Numbered from the stretch's first letter, positions 19,319 through 30,040 are shown. The stretch is 64,000 bases of DNA from Candidatus Omnitrophota bacterium (GCA_037146775.1 JBAWWL010000002.1:21935-85934); one strand, 5' to 3'. Program-made: numbers and translations. The notes: a model not told the origin generated them from the letters alone.

Positions 19319-20251
19319 ATGCCTACCCCTATATTTTTCATAACACTTTTCACCTTTTTAGTGCTTATCGTCATTTTAGTGCTTCGTTTGACTAAGCAGC
19401 GGGAAGATACGCTTCTGCATCAGAAAATAGATTCGTTGCGTGAAGAGTTCACTAAGCATATGATCGCTGCGCAAGGCAATCTCCTGGAGAATAGCAGAGC
19501 GGTTTCGCAGGAACTGCATAAATTGTACGAAAAAGTCGGCAGCTTAGACAGAGAAAGCAGCGAAATTCTGATACTTACTAAATCATTCCACGATATTTTA
19601 AAGCCTACTAAAACCAGAGGTATTGTGGGCGAGGCAATACTGGATAATTTGATCAAAGATGTATTACCGCAAGACGTAATAGCATCGCAATACGCATTTA
19701 AAAACGGAAAAAAAATCGATTTTGCCATTAAAATGGCTTCAGGCATTATTCCTATAGATGCAAAGTTTTCCTTAGACACTTTCAGGAATTACCTTGACGC
19801 TACAGAAGGAGAGAAGGAGAGGCAAAAAAAAGTTTTTGTTGATAGCGTTAAGAAAAGAATAGATGAAACCGCAGCGTATATATTTACCGAAGAAGGAACG
19901 ACCGATTTTTCTTTGATGTATGTTCCTTCGGAGGCGGTTTATTACTTTATTATTGTGGAGACCGCACTTCTCGATTACGCGCAGAAAAAGAGAGTTTTTG
20001 TCGTTGGCCCCAACACTATCTATGTGTATCTGAAGACGATATGTATAGGATTCCAGGCGTTAAAGATCGAAGCCAAGGCCAAGGAGATTTATAATAGCGT
20101 GAGGCAACTGGATGAAGAAATACGAACGGTACTGCAGGAATATGTTGTTTTGGGTACGCACCTCAGGAATGCGTCTGTTAAGTATGATGAGGTAAGAAAA
20201 AAGATAGAAAGCGTTTCTGTGCGGGTTGGCTCTATAGGTAAGCAAGACTAA
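19319..20251 (+). CDS. rmuC: DNA recombination protein RmuC
   Basis: N-terminal TM helix, coiled-coil, C-terminal RmuC nuclease-like region (FTEEGTTDFSLMYVPSEAVYYF). Confidence 0.7.
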   Translation: MPTPIFFITLFTFLVLIVILVLRLTKQREDTLLHQKIDSLREEFTKHMIAAQGNLLENSRAVSQELHKLYEKVGSLDRESSEILILTKSFHDILKPTKTRGIVGEAILDNLIKDVLPQDVIASQYAFKNGKKIDFAIKMASGIIPIDAKFSLDTFRNYLDATEGEKERQKKVFVDSVKKRIDETAAYIFTEEGTTDFSLMYVPSEAVYYFIIVETALLDYAQKKRVFVVGPNTIYVYLKTICIGFQALKIEAKAKEIYNSVRQLDEEIRTVLQEYVVLGTHLRNASVKYDEVRKKIESVSVRVGSIGKQD

Positions 20252-20252
20252 T

Positions 20253-20573
20253 ATGAAAAAGAATTTTGTAGCACCCTTCCTTTCGTTTGTGCTTAACGGG
20301 GTGGGGCAAATTTACAACGGCGAAATTAAGAAGGGGATATTATTTTTCTTTATTTCTCTATTTTTTAGCGTCATGTTGGTGGCAGGAATTATCTTTTTGT
20401 GCAAGGCGGCTCTGTCGAGCTACGCCGGCAAAGCACAGTTTTCGCATATGGCCTGGGGTGTTATGCTCGTTACCGTGGCCGGGCTCCTGCTGTGTTTAAA
20501 CGGCCTCTGGAGTATCGTTGACGCGTACAAGGTGGCCAAAAGAAATGACTATAAAAGTAAAAGTCTTTCCTAA
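20253..20573 (+). CDS. Small two-TM membrane protein (unknown function)
   Basis: NGVGQIYNGEIKKG then two hydrophobic helices and a WSIVDAYK motif; family not identified. Confidence 0.4.
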   Translation: MKKNFVAPFLSFVLNGVGQIYNGEIKKGILFFFISLFFSVMLVAGIIFLCKAALSSYAGKAQFSHMAWGVMLVTVAGLLLCLNGLWSIVDAYKVAKRNDYKSKSLS

Positions 20574-20769
20574 AGCAAAAAAAGAACGCATCGAACAGGC
20601 AGGGGATATTTTAAAGGTTTATTTGAATGAACCGGCCCTGGCAGGCCGGGCCAATAAAAGGCTCATAGAGCTTCTGGCGGATCATTTTCATACCAAAAAA
20701 TATCATATTCATATACGTAAAGGCGAAAAAAACAGAGAAAAAGTAATAGATATCAGTGAAGTTAATTGA
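20545..20769 (+). CDS. DUF167 (YggU-family) protein
   Basis: MTIKVKVFPKAKKERIE...LKVYLNEPALAGRANKRLIELLADHF typical of DUF167; start at the internal ATG. Confidence 0.65.
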   Translation: MTIKVKVFPKAKKERIEQAGDILKVYLNEPALAGRANKRLIELLADHFHTKKYHIHIRKGEKNREKVIDISEVN

Positions 20770-21418
20770 AACCCGGCACTGTCATCTCCTCGATGGTTAT
20801 TTCGGCCCTGAAGTCGTTGCAGGGTTCACCAAGACGGGTCTTGCGGGGGTTCTCCCTGACGATTTGCGCACAGCACTTTCGTATTTACAAAACGACTTCC
20901 AGGTTGGTTATCTCAAACAAATCCACTCGTCACTTACGCATCGTATACATCAAGCGGGCATTTATGAGGGTGATGGGCTTTTTACGCATGAGCGCAATCT
21001 GGCAGTAGCGGTAAGGACCGCGGATTGTCTCCCTCTTATTTTTTATAGCCAGCTATTAGGCGTAATTGGAGTAGTGCATATGGGTTGGCGCGGAGCCGCA
21101 GAAGGGATCCTGTCGTCTTTGCCCTACGATGCCTCTTCTTTTAAAGTGATAGCCGGACCGGGATTGCGGCTTTGCTGTTATGAGGTAGGAGAGAGTTTCT
21201 TAAAACACACGCTTCTTGAGCCTTTCGTCGAACGGAGGAGTAATCGTTTTTATTTTGACCCGATAGCGTTCGCCAGGAGTAGCTTAATGGCGCGCGGTTT
21301 GCTGGAAAACAATTTTCACGATATGTCTACGTGCAGTATTTGCTCGGCCCAGGACCTGTTCTCCTACCGTAAAAACAAAACGTTCAATCGGCATCTTTCT
21401 TTTATCGTAAAACTCTAG
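20756..21418 (+). CDS. pgeF: Peptidoglycan editing factor PgeF / YfiH (DUF152 laccase-domain protein)
   Basis: ADCLPLIF...VVHMGWRGAAEGI conserved Cys/His motifs. Confidence 0.75.
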   Translation: MKLIETRHCHLLDGYFGPEVVAGFTKTGLAGVLPDDLRTALSYLQNDFQVGYLKQIHSSLTHRIHQAGIYEGDGLFTHERNLAVAVRTADCLPLIFYSQLLGVIGVVHMGWRGAAEGILSSLPYDASSFKVIAGPGLRLCCYEVGESFLKHTLLEPFVERRSNRFYFDPIAFARSSLMARGLLENNFHDMSTCSICSAQDLFSYRKNKTFNRHLSFIVKL

Positions 21419-21498
21419 CTTTTTGAGCAAAAAAAATATTCGCATCGCAAGATTTATGTGGTAAAATTATACTTCTTATAACACCGCTGGTTTTAAAT

Positions 21499-22602
21499 AT
21501 GGAATTAAAAACGACCCCTCTTTATCAGAAGCATATAGACAGCAAAGCTCGAATCGTTGATTTTACCGGCTGGGCTTTGCCGGTAGAATATGCGAGTGTT
21601 TTGAAGGAAACAAGAGCCGTACGTACCAGCTGCGGCCTTTTTGATGTTTCCCATATGGGAGAAATAAGGATAAAAGGCAAAGGAGCCCTTGCGTTCCTGC
21701 AATATCTCACCTCTAACGATATTTCCCGTACCACTCCAGGCCAACTTCAATACAATCTTTTCTTAAACGAAAACGCAGGCATTATTGACGATTTAATGGT
21801 ATATAACTGCGCAGATAGCTTTTTATGCGTTGTGAATGCTTCTAACTGCGCAAAAGTATATCAGTGGCTAGTGAAAAATAAAAGTAATGACGTGCAGATT
21901 GTCGATGAAAGCGAGACTACCGCCTTACTTTCGTTGCAAGGCCCTTTTGCGTCTTGCATCATCGAGAAGGTATTTGCGAAGTCAGCCGCCAATATCGGCT
22001 ATATGCATTTTATCGAATATTCATTTTTGGGAAAAAAAATAATTATTTCCCGCAGCGGTTATACCGGCGAGGATGGTTTTGAGATATATTGCAATAACCA
22101 GGACGCCGTTAGCCTTTGGGACAGTATGGTGGCCGAGGGAAGACAATACGGGCTTATGTTGTGCGGCTTGGGTGCGCGCGATATTTTACGGATAGAAGCA
22201 GGATATCCTTTATATGGGCACGAAATCAACGAGGATACGAACCCTTTGGAAGCATCGCTGGAATGGGCCGTAAAGCTAAAAAAAGAATTCATCAGTAAAG
22301 AAAAACTTTGTCGGATGGCTGAGGCCGGCCTCAGGGCCGGCCTGCGGCGAAAACGAATTGGTTTTGTGCTGCTTGATCGCGCTCTTCCTCGCCAAGGATA
22401 CCCTATATACCGTAATAGTACCGCTATCGGTGAGGTGACAAGCGGCGCCTATTCCCCTAATTTAAATGTTTTTATCGGCATGGGGTATGTAGAAAAAGAT
22501 TATAGTTCTCTCGGCACGCCTATAGCGATAAAAATACGGGATACGGTGTATAACGCGAAAGTTTCGTCTTTTACTTTTATTAAGTCGCATACGAAAAAAT
22601 AG
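21499..22602 (+). CDS. gcvT: Glycine cleavage system T protein (aminomethyltransferase)
   Basis: TPLYQKHIDSKARIVDFTGWALPVEY...LFDVSHMGEIRIKG canonical GcvT N-terminus. Confidence 0.9.
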   Translation: MELKTTPLYQKHIDSKARIVDFTGWALPVEYASVLKETRAVRTSCGLFDVSHMGEIRIKGKGALAFLQYLTSNDISRTTPGQLQYNLFLNENAGIIDDLMVYNCADSFLCVVNASNCAKVYQWLVKNKSNDVQIVDESETTALLSLQGPFASCIIEKVFAKSAANIGYMHFIEYSFLGKKIIISRSGYTGEDGFEIYCNNQDAVSLWDSMVAEGRQYGLMLCGLGARDILRIEAGYPLYGHEINEDTNPLEASLEWAVKLKKEFISKEKLCRMAEAGLRAGLRRKRIGFVLLDRALPRQGYPIYRNSTAIGEVTSGAYSPNLNVFIGMGYVEKDYSSLGTPIAIKIRDTVYNAKVSSFTFIKSHTKK

Positions 22603-22617
22603 CCAAAAGGAGGTAGC

Positions 22618-22998
22618 ATGAGCGTTTTAAAATTTACCAAGACGCATGAATGGGCAAAGATAGACGCGCAGACGGCAGTCGTGGGTATTACCGATTACGC
22701 TCAGAAATCGCTGGGCGATATTGTGTTTGTGGAGTTGCCGAAAGCCGGCAGCGTGATTTTGCAGGGTAAGCGATTCGGTACTATTGAATCAACCAAAGCA
22801 GCAAGCGAATTGTATGCTCCGTTGGGCGGTGAAGTGATTGAAATTAACAAAGAGCTGGTAAATAATCCGCAGTGGATCAACGAAAGTGCTTTTGAAAAAG
22901 GATGGATGTTTAAAGTAAAGCTGGCCGACGTTTCCCAGATAAACAGCCTTCTTGATGAAAATGCTTACGAAGAACTTGTCGCCAAAGAAGCGCATTAA
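22618..22998 (+). CDS. gcvH: Glycine cleavage system H protein
   Basis: KFTKTHEWAK...ESTKAASELYAP with the lipoyl-lysine motif (ESTKA). Confidence 0.9.
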   Translation: MSVLKFTKTHEWAKIDAQTAVVGITDYAQKSLGDIVFVELPKAGSVILQGKRFGTIESTKAASELYAPLGGEVIEINKELVNNPQWINESAFEKGWMFKVKLADVSQINSLLDENAYEELVAKEAH

Positions 22999-23065
22999 TT
23001 AAACGGTGCCCCGTTTTATAGAAGTGTGTGCAGTGACGAGTAAGAGCCAAACAGTAAGGTAACAC

Positions 23066-24412
23066 ATGCCCTACATTCTCAATACCGAGAAAGATATACA
23101 AGAAATGCTGGCAGCCATCGGTGTACATTCGATGGAGGATTTATATGCGCACCTGCCGCGGGAAATACTCATATCACAGCCGTTGCAGTTAGGAAGCGGA
23201 TTGAGCGAGCAAGAGGTTGATGAGTACACAAAGAAACTCGCTGAAAAAAATACGCCTATAGCCGGATTCAACTCTTTTTTGGGCGCCGGCTGTTACGAGC
23301 ATTATATTCCCGCAGCCTTGAACTATATTATTTCGCGGGCAGAATTTAATACCGCTTATACACCCTATCAGGCCGAGAGTTCCCAGGGCATATTGCAGGC
23401 CATCTACGAATATCAGAGTTATATCTGCCTTTTAACCGGCATGGATGCCTCTAATGCGTCGCTTTTTGATGGCGCTTCCAGCGTGGCCGAAAGCGTGCTG
23501 ATGGCGTTACGTATTAGCCAGAGAAAAAAAGTACTCATTGCTTCGACTGTCCATCCTGAATATAAAAAAACACTCCAGACCTATTTAAGCGGCCTCGATT
23601 TTATAACCACAGAGGTTGGTTGTGGTGAAGACGGCTTTGTTGATATGCAAGCATTGTGTGAGCTCTCAAGCGATGAAGTAGCTTGCATTGTATTACAAAG
23701 CCCTAATTTTTTCGGTCTTATCGAAAATAACGAACAGCTTTGTGCGGCGGCTCGCTCGAAAGGTGTCCTTTCCGTCCTGGTTACCAATCCTTCTGGCTTG
23801 AGCATTTTAAAAGAACCGCTTTCCCAGGGATTTGATATTGTTTGTGGTGACGGCCAAACGCTTGGCCAAGAAATGCATTTAGGCGGGCCGTCGTTCGGAT
23901 TTTTAGCCACCAAGAATTCGTTTTTGCGCCAAATGCCGGGCAGGATTGTTGGAAAGACGGTTGACACCAATGGCAGGCCCGCGTATTGTCTTACCTTGCA
24001 AGCCCGCGAACAACACATTAGAAGGGAAAAAGCAACCAGCAATATCTGCTCTAACCAGTCACTGAACGCTATTGCGGCGGCGGTTTATTTGTCGTTGATG
24101 GGCGAAGAGGGTATGCGTCAAGCAGGGCTTTACGCTTTAAATCTGACGCACTATCTATATGAGCAGATGAAAGAGATAAAAGAGATACGTTTTCCTTTTT
24201 CGTCCCGTTTTTATAATGAATTTGTGTGGCAGATACCGAACGCACAAAAAGTTATCGATAAACTGTATAAGAAAAATATCATCGCCGGATTTTATGTGGG
24301 GAATTTTTATCCTCAACTCAAAGATTGTGTGCTTAGCTGTTGTACGGAAAAGAAAACAAAAGAAGACATCGATAGCTTTGTGGCGGCCTTGCGAGAAACG
24401 GCGCTTGCGTGA
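23066..24412 (+). CDS. gcvPA: Glycine dehydrogenase (decarboxylating) subunit 1
   Basis: 448-aa N-terminal P-protein half; order T-H-PA-PB. Confidence 0.88.
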   Translation: MPYILNTEKDIQEMLAAIGVHSMEDLYAHLPREILISQPLQLGSGLSEQEVDEYTKKLAEKNTPIAGFNSFLGAGCYEHYIPAALNYIISRAEFNTAYTPYQAESSQGILQAIYEYQSYICLLTGMDASNASLFDGASSVAESVLMALRISQRKKVLIASTVHPEYKKTLQTYLSGLDFITTEVGCGEDGFVDMQALCELSSDEVACIVLQSPNFFGLIENNEQLCAAARSKGVLSVLVTNPSGLSILKEPLSQGFDIVCGDGQTLGQEMHLGGPSFGFLATKNSFLRQMPGRIVGKTVDTNGRPAYCLTLQAREQHIRREKATSNICSNQSLNAIAAAVYLSLMGEEGMRQAGLYALNLTHYLYEQMKEIKEIRFPFSSRFYNEFVWQIPNAQKVIDKLYKKNIIAGFYVGNFYPQLKDCVLSCCTEKKTKEDIDSFVAALRETALA

Positions 24413-24463
24413 GCGTAAGGCGCTCTTGGCAGGCCGGTCTCAAGGCGCAATATATAAAAAAAC

Positions 24464-25918
24464 ATGATGGAACGAAAAGTTATTTTTGAAAAAAGCAGTA
24501 GCGGCCGGAAGGCAAGTTATATTAAAAAGCCCGAGATTACATTACGCCAAGCCGAAGAAATATTACCAAAAGACTTGTTAAGAAAGGAAGTACCGCTTCC
24601 TTCTCTGGGAGAGCTTGAGGTAGTGAGGCACTATACTAATTTAGCCCGGCTTAATTTTTCCGTTGACACCAATTTCTATCCTCTTGGTTCTTGTACGATG
24701 AAATATAATCCAAAGATAAACGAGAAGATAGCCGGTTTAAGCGGTTTTACCAATATTCATCCCTACCAGAAGGAAGATTCTATCCAGGGGGCTCTCCAGC
24801 TTTTGCACCATCTCGAACAGATGTTGTGCGAAATTACCGGTATGAAGCGTTTTACTTTTCAGGCCTCAAGCGGCGCGCAGGGTGAATTAACCGGGATGCT
24901 CATGATCCGGAAATATCACCGCATAAAGCGCAATAAAAAAACCAAAGTGATCATTCCCGATTCATCCCACGGCACCAACCCCGCTACCAGCTCTATGTGC
25001 GGTTATGAAACGGTTGTCATCAAGAGTACTCCCCAGGGGTTGGTTGATATAGAGAAGTTATATAACGCAACCGACGATTCGGTGGCTGCTATTATGCTTA
25101 CTAACCCAAATACGCTTGGGCTCTTTGAAGAAAATATTTTAAAGATTGCCCAGATTATTCACGAGAAGGGAGGGTTGCTTTATTACGACGGCGCAAATTT
25201 TAATCCGCTTTTGGGTATTGCCAAACCCAGCCTGATGGGCTTCGACGTGATACATCTTAATTTGCATAAGACATTTTCTACTCCGCATGGCTGTGGCGGC
25301 CCCGGCGCAGGAGCGGTGGGCGTCAACGAAAAACTTTTAGATTTTTTACCTGTTCCTTTGGTTGATACGAAAAGAAACAAATTCTATTTTAATTACCGCG
25401 TCAAGCATTCGATCGGCCGGGTGCGAGGATTTTACGGCAATTTCAACGTGCTGGTGCGTGCATATGCGTATCTTTTACGTTTAGGTTCCCCCGGCGTCGT
25501 ACGTGTTGCTCAAAACGCAATTCTTAACGCCCGTTACTTAAGCTCAAAGCTGAAAAGCTATTATCAGCTGGCTTCCTTGAAGCCTTCGATGCATGAAGTC
25601 GTTTTTTCGTGCACAAAACAAAAAGAAAAAGGAATCTCGGCTTTAGACATCGCCAAAAGGATTATTGATTTCAATATGCATCCGCCGACGATGTATTTTC
25701 CTTTAATTGTCAGTGAGGCGCTTATGGTTGAGCCGACGGAAACCGAAAGCAAACAAACTATCGATTACTTTATCGAAACGATGATCGCTATCGATAAAGA
25801 AATTAAGGAAAATCCAGACATAATAAAGAATGCGCCCCATAACACCCCCGTAACCAGGGTTGATGAGGTGCGGGCAGCGCGGCAACTCGATATACGATGG
25901 AAAAAAAATGGAGATTGA
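24464..25918 (+). CDS. gcvPB: Glycine dehydrogenase (decarboxylating) subunit 2
   Basis: 484-aa C-terminal P-protein half with the PLP-lysine region (HLNLHKTFSTPHGCGGPGAG). Confidence 0.88.
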   Translation: MMERKVIFEKSSSGRKASYIKKPEITLRQAEEILPKDLLRKEVPLPSLGELEVVRHYTNLARLNFSVDTNFYPLGSCTMKYNPKINEKIAGLSGFTNIHPYQKEDSIQGALQLLHHLEQMLCEITGMKRFTFQASSGAQGELTGMLMIRKYHRIKRNKKTKVIIPDSSHGTNPATSSMCGYETVVIKSTPQGLVDIEKLYNATDDSVAAIMLTNPNTLGLFEENILKIAQIIHEKGGLLYYDGANFNPLLGIAKPSLMGFDVIHLNLHKTFSTPHGCGGPGAGAVGVNEKLLDFLPVPLVDTKRNKFYFNYRVKHSIGRVRGFYGNFNVLVRAYAYLLRLGSPGVVRVAQNAILNARYLSSKLKSYYQLASLKPSMHEVVFSCTKQKEKGISALDIAKRIIDFNMHPPTMYFPLIVSEALMVEPTETESKQTIDYFIETMIAIDKEIKENPDIIKNAPHNTPVTRVDEVRAARQLDIRWKKNGD

Positions 25919-26700
25919 TTGTCGATGGCGCATGTGACGGTTATTACAATATGGCCGTTGACGAATCGTTGCTTACCTGCTACCAATGCGCGCAGATCCC
26001 TACCTTACGCCTGTACGGATGGAACGCCCCTTTTGTTTCTTTAGGCTATAATCAGCACGTTGAACAGGTTCTGCGTTCGTATACACTTCCTTTTGTCCGC
26101 CGCATTACCGGTGGCTCAGGGATTCTGCATCACGATGAGCTTACTTATAGTATTGTGTGCGCTACAAGCGACATAGTCCTTCCTAAAAAAGTTAAAGAAT
26201 CATATGCGGCGCTTTGTTCGTTTCTGAAAACATTTTATGCCCGTCTGGGTCTTGATACCGTATTTGCCAAGGATATTATTTCTCAAGGGCTGGGCCGCCA
26301 TGAACACTTTTGTTTTTCCGCTTGCGAGCCATTTGACTTAATGGTGAAAGGGAAAAAAATAGGCGGCAACGCCCAACGTAGAAGTAAAGAGACGATTTTT
26401 CAACATGGCAGTATTCCCTTCTCGATCGATTTTAAATTAGTGCAGGAAATATTTATGCAGGTAGAAGATGTAAGTACCAAAACCACCTGTTTGAACGAGA
26501 TACGTAAAGAGGGGAATGATTTTCTCGCTCTGCGCGATATGTTGGCAGAAAGCTTTCGCAGCACTTTTGCAGTAGAGCTCTTCGAGGATATTTTATCGAA
26601 AGAGGAAAAAGCGACAGCGCAGTATTTGCTTGAAAATAAATATCGTAATAAAGAGTGGAATTACAGGCGAGCATATAATGAGAAAGCCGAAGTGGTTTGA
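25897..26700 (+). CDS. lplA: Lipoate-protein ligase / octanoyltransferase (LplA/LipM family)
   Basis: WRLIVDG...YNMAVDESLL...TLRLYGW BPL/LPL catalytic-domain motifs; overlaps the gcvPB end. Confidence 0.75.
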   Translation: MEKKWRLIVDGACDGYYNMAVDESLLTCYQCAQIPTLRLYGWNAPFVSLGYNQHVEQVLRSYTLPFVRRITGGSGILHHDELTYSIVCATSDIVLPKKVKESYAALCSFLKTFYARLGLDTVFAKDIISQGLGRHEHFCFSACEPFDLMVKGKKIGGNAQRRSKETIFQHGSIPFSIDFKLVQEIFMQVEDVSTKTTCLNEIRKEGNDFLALRDMLAESFRSTFAVELFEDILSKEEKATAQYLLENKYRNKEWNYRRAYNEKAEVV

Positions 26701-27529
26701 TAAAAAAATAGAATTATCGCTTTGTCACGCCACCAAGACAGCGCTGCGTGGCTTTAATTTGCATACGGTGTGCGAATCATCGCTTTGCCCAAACATTTCT
26801 GAATGTTTCAATGCTGGTAATGCGACATTCATGATTTTAGGTGACCGGTGTACGCGAAGTTGCGCGTTTTGTTCGGTAAGTAAAGAAAAGCCGTTGCCGA
26901 TAGACCGTTGTGAGCCGCAACGGATAGCCAAAGCGGTAGAGCAATTACAGCTTAGATATGTGGTGCTTACTTCGCCCACCAGAGATGATTTGGACGACGG
27001 CGGGTCGTCGATGTTTTGTGAGACAGCCAAAGAAATTAAGAATAGCAATCCTTCCCGTAAAGTAGAAATGTTGATTCCTGATTTTTTAGGCAGAAAAGAA
27101 GCGATAGCTAAAGTTGCTTCCTGTGGAGCAGAGGTTATTGCCCATAACGTTGAAACGGTCCCCTCCTTATATATAGAGGTAAGGGCGCAAGCTGACTTCG
27201 AGCGGTCATTACGGGTGCTAGCGTTATTAAAGGCAAGTAACGTTAATATCCTCACTAAATCAAGCCTAATGCTGGGCTTAGGCGAAAAAGAGGCCGAAAT
27301 TATTGAGGTATTCAAGAATTTACGCGCCGTACACTGCGATTTCTTGACATTAGGCCAGTATCTGGCACCTTCCTTGCGGCACTATCCGGTGAAAGAATAC
27401 ATTAATCCACAACAATTCTCGTATTTAGAAGAGAAAGCCTACTCATTAGGTTTTAAAAAGGTGCAAAGTTCACCCTATACCCGCTCTTCCTATTTAGCGC
27501 ATACTTTCTTGTCTTCCGGGAAAGTATAA
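26678..27529 (+). CDS. lipA: Lipoyl synthase
   Basis: CPNISECF auxiliary cluster motif and CTRSCAFC radical-SAM motif; start at the internal ATG (MRKPKWF). Confidence 0.88.
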   Translation: MRKPKWFDKKIELSLCHATKTALRGFNLHTVCESSLCPNISECFNAGNATFMILGDRCTRSCAFCSVSKEKPLPIDRCEPQRIAKAVEQLQLRYVVLTSPTRDDLDDGGSSMFCETAKEIKNSNPSRKVEMLIPDFLGRKEAIAKVASCGAEVIAHNVETVPSLYIEVRAQADFERSLRVLALLKASNVNILTKSSLMLGLGEKEAEIIEVFKNLRAVHCDFLTLGQYLAPSLRHYPVKEYINPQQFSYLEEKAYSLGFKKVQSSPYTRSSYLAHTFLSSGKV

Positions 27530-27828
27530 AATGCGTTGTAATAACAAGAACAGTTCTTTTCTTCCTCCCAAGCCAGCGCAAGGAAGTTCAAAATAGGGTA
27601 GAGTCTTCATTTTACCCTAGATATTTGTGAATTTTCTTGTTGTTTTACCTTAAATACATATATTCCATGATTGATTTAATGGTGATTAGCACTTAAGCTA
27701 TTTTTACTATCGCTTTTTTCCTGAAAAATGATCAATAGAATCATACGTTTTAATGACCACAACATATAGTAGTATATGCAAAACCATACAATATATAGAA
27801 TATTATGAAGAATTATGATAAATTATAC

Positions 27829-27857
27829 TTGACATAAAAATAGAATTATAATTTAAT
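27829..27857 (+). promoter_or_regulatory. Sigma70-like promoter TTGACA-17-TTTAAT in the AT-rich region upstream of the pilus operon
   Basis: Consensus -35 at 27829-27834; -10-like hexamer 17 nt downstream; 330-bp AT-rich intergenic region. Confidence 0.45.
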
Positions 27858-27861
27858 AGTA

Positions 27862-28065
27862 TTGTTATCAGATTATACTAAAATGAAAAGAAAAAGAATT
27901 CCTCGCTTAATGACGATTGAAGAGTTGGCCGAATATTTAGGTTTGCAGAAGCAGACTATCTATAACTGGCTGCATCATAAAAAAATTTCCGGATTGAAAA
28001 TCGGTAAAGTCTGGCGTTTTGATAGAAAATATATTGACGAGTGGCTTAAAAACGCGGTGAAATAA
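27862..28065 (+). CDS. Small helix-turn-helix DNA-binding protein (excisionase/MerR-type HTH_17)
   Basis: MTIEELAEYLGLQKQTIYNWL...KIGKVWRFDRKYIDEWL is a classic excisionase-family HTH; first gene of the pilus locus. Confidence 0.7.
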   Translation: MLSDYTKMKRKRIPRLMTIEELAEYLGLQKQTIYNWLHHKKISGLKIGKVWRFDRKYIDEWLKNAVK

Positions 28066-28068
28066 AGT

Positions 28069-29544
28069 ATGGCTAATAAGAAAATCGGTTTATACATTGG
28101 TTTAAATTCGGTCGGTGCGGCGGTAGTGGAAGGTAGGTCTATAACCGCTGTGGCGAAATTTGATTTAGCTTCATTGGAAGAAGAAGCGAGAGTGGAGAAT
28201 CTGAACGAGGATATCCGTTGGGAAGCGCTCATCAATAAAGTGTTGAGAGAGATCGGAGCCGAAGATAAAAATATTTACGTTTCTCTCGCCGACAAGGATT
28301 TTATTTTCCGTTCTCTCGAGATGCCCTCGATGAGCAAAAAGAATATCAGTTCGTCGCTCATCTATGAGATAGAGAAATATATTCCGTTTAAGATTGATGA
28401 GCTGATCTGGGCATTCGACTATACCAGTTATCCCAAAGAAAAGAAAATGAACGTTTCTTTTTTAGGTATACGCGAGTCGACCCTTTATAGAACGCAGGCG
28501 ATGCTGTCTCATCTGGGGCTCAATCCGATTATGATCGAACCTTCCGCTCTTTCGTTGGCAAAAATTCTGAAAGCAAGCAAGAAATACGCCAAAAATAAGC
28601 ATTTTGCTATTTTAGACATGACGGAAAACGAAAGTTATCTCACGCTTTTCTCTTTAGACCTGCCGGTTTTTAACCAGTATATCGTTGTTCCGAAAAAGGG
28701 AGGCGGGATTGACCTGGATAAGTTTCTTGAGTCGGTACGTTTCGCCTTCCAGTATTTTAAACGAGAATTCAGATCTTACGAGCTGGAACGATTTCTTATC
28801 TTAAGTAACTTTAAAGAGGACAGCTTAATTACCGCGCTCAGGGATGAATTGCAGACCGAGATAGAACTGACTTCGCCGTATGAGTTAACGCTGAAACCGA
28901 ACATTGAAGTAGAAAGCCTGAAAGCGTACGGTGTAGCCACCATAGATACTTCTTCATATAGATTTAAGCCCGTTTTAAAAAAGACCGAAGAACTTGTCGA
29001 GAAGAAAGCTGTTGTCAGCGACACCGGCATACGTCTGGGGCCGCTATTCGCTCTTATCGGGGTGGGTTTACTGGCTGCGCTTGGTATTTCGATAGTTATG
29101 GGTAATGAAATTTCCGGGCTCGATTATAAATTAAAGAAGGAAAATGAAACGATTCGTCGTCCTCCGGCGATTAAACAGCTTTCTTGGGAACAGATCGCAG
29201 ATTTAACTAAAAGTATTGAGAAAAGAACAGGCATATTGCAGGGGTTAAGCAAACATCCGAAGGCAATCAAGTTTTTAGAAAAAATAGCAAAGCAGAGGCC
29301 TAAGGGGCTGTGGTTTGAGCAGATGGATTTGAATTATCAGCGCGATAAATATGTCCTTGTCCTTAGCGGCTATATTTTTCTTGGCGATGCGTATAGCGAG
29401 CGGACAAGCATTGACAAGTTTATCAGCAGTTTGAAGGCCGAAGAATCTCTCCGGGCATGTTTTTCGAATATAGAAATGACGTTTTCGGACAAAAGAAAAC
29501 AGGGCGAATTTACTTTAACATTTTTTACCATAAAATTTGAATAA
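28069..29544 (+). CDS. pilMN: Type IV pilus assembly protein PilM fused to PilN
   Basis: Actin-like PilM N-terminus (KIGLYIGLNSVGAAVV), internal TM segment (LFALIGVGLLAALGISIVMG), then a ~170-aa PilN-like periplasmic part; 491 aa. Confidence 0.7.
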   Translation: MANKKIGLYIGLNSVGAAVVEGRSITAVAKFDLASLEEEARVENLNEDIRWEALINKVLREIGAEDKNIYVSLADKDFIFRSLEMPSMSKKNISSSLIYEIEKYIPFKIDELIWAFDYTSYPKEKKMNVSFLGIRESTLYRTQAMLSHLGLNPIMIEPSALSLAKILKASKKYAKNKHFAILDMTENESYLTLFSLDLPVFNQYIVVPKKGGGIDLDKFLESVRFAFQYFKREFRSYELERFLILSNFKEDSLITALRDELQTEIELTSPYELTLKPNIEVESLKAYGVATIDTSSYRFKPVLKKTEELVEKKAVVSDTGIRLGPLFALIGVGLLAALGISIVMGNEISGLDYKLKKENETIRRPPAIKQLSWEQIADLTKSIEKRTGILQGLSKHPKAIKFLEKIAKQRPKGLWFEQMDLNYQRDKYVLVLSGYIFLGDAYSERTSIDKFISSLKAEESLRACFSNIEMTFSDKRKQGEFTLTFFTIKFE

Positions 29545-30033
29545 ATGATGATAAACATTGGAAATTATAAAACCATACTTATCGCGATAATTATCGTTGC
29601 GATTTCTTTTTTTGCACTAAAAGGCATGATACATAATTATTCTGTTAAGATAGCCGAGCTCAATGAAAAGTTGGTGGAGCTCGATAAAGGAAAAGAATTG
29701 ATAGAGCGTTGGGAGACGATAAGCAGGCAGTATGAAATGGCGGCGAAGAATTTCTTTACGAAAGACCCCGCTATTTTTAAACAATTAGTGGAACGCCAGG
29801 CGCAACAAGTGGGAATAAATCTTGGAACACTTACTCCTACTAAAAAAGAAGAAAGTTTTTACTGGACGGCCGCAGTCAACCTTAAGTGTTATGCGAATTC
29901 ATACGATAATATCGTTGCGTTCGTCCGCGGGCTTGAGGAGAAAGGTGTTTTAGTGGATATACTGAAGATAAGAAGAGGCTCGGAGAATAGAAGAGAAGCC
30001 GAAATTTATTTAAAAACTTACGTGCTTAAATAA
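29545..30033 (+). CDS. pilO: Type IV pilus assembly protein PilO
   Basis: N-terminal TM helix plus coiled-coil, 162 aa, positioned between pilMN and pilP. Confidence 0.6.
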   Translation: MMINIGNYKTILIAIIIVAISFFALKGMIHNYSVKIAELNEKLVELDKGKELIERWETISRQYEMAAKNFFTKDPAIFKQLVERQAQQVGINLGTLTPTKKEESFYWTAAVNLKCYANSYDNIVAFVRGLEEKGVLVDILKIRRGSENRREAEIYLKTYVLK

Positions 30034-30040
30034 ACCTAAT

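Noticed and set aside
21419-21498. Glycine riboswitch upstream of gcvT
   Set aside because: Only 80 nt of intergenic sequence, with no GGAGAG/CACCG-type aptamer elements. Too short for even a single aptamer.
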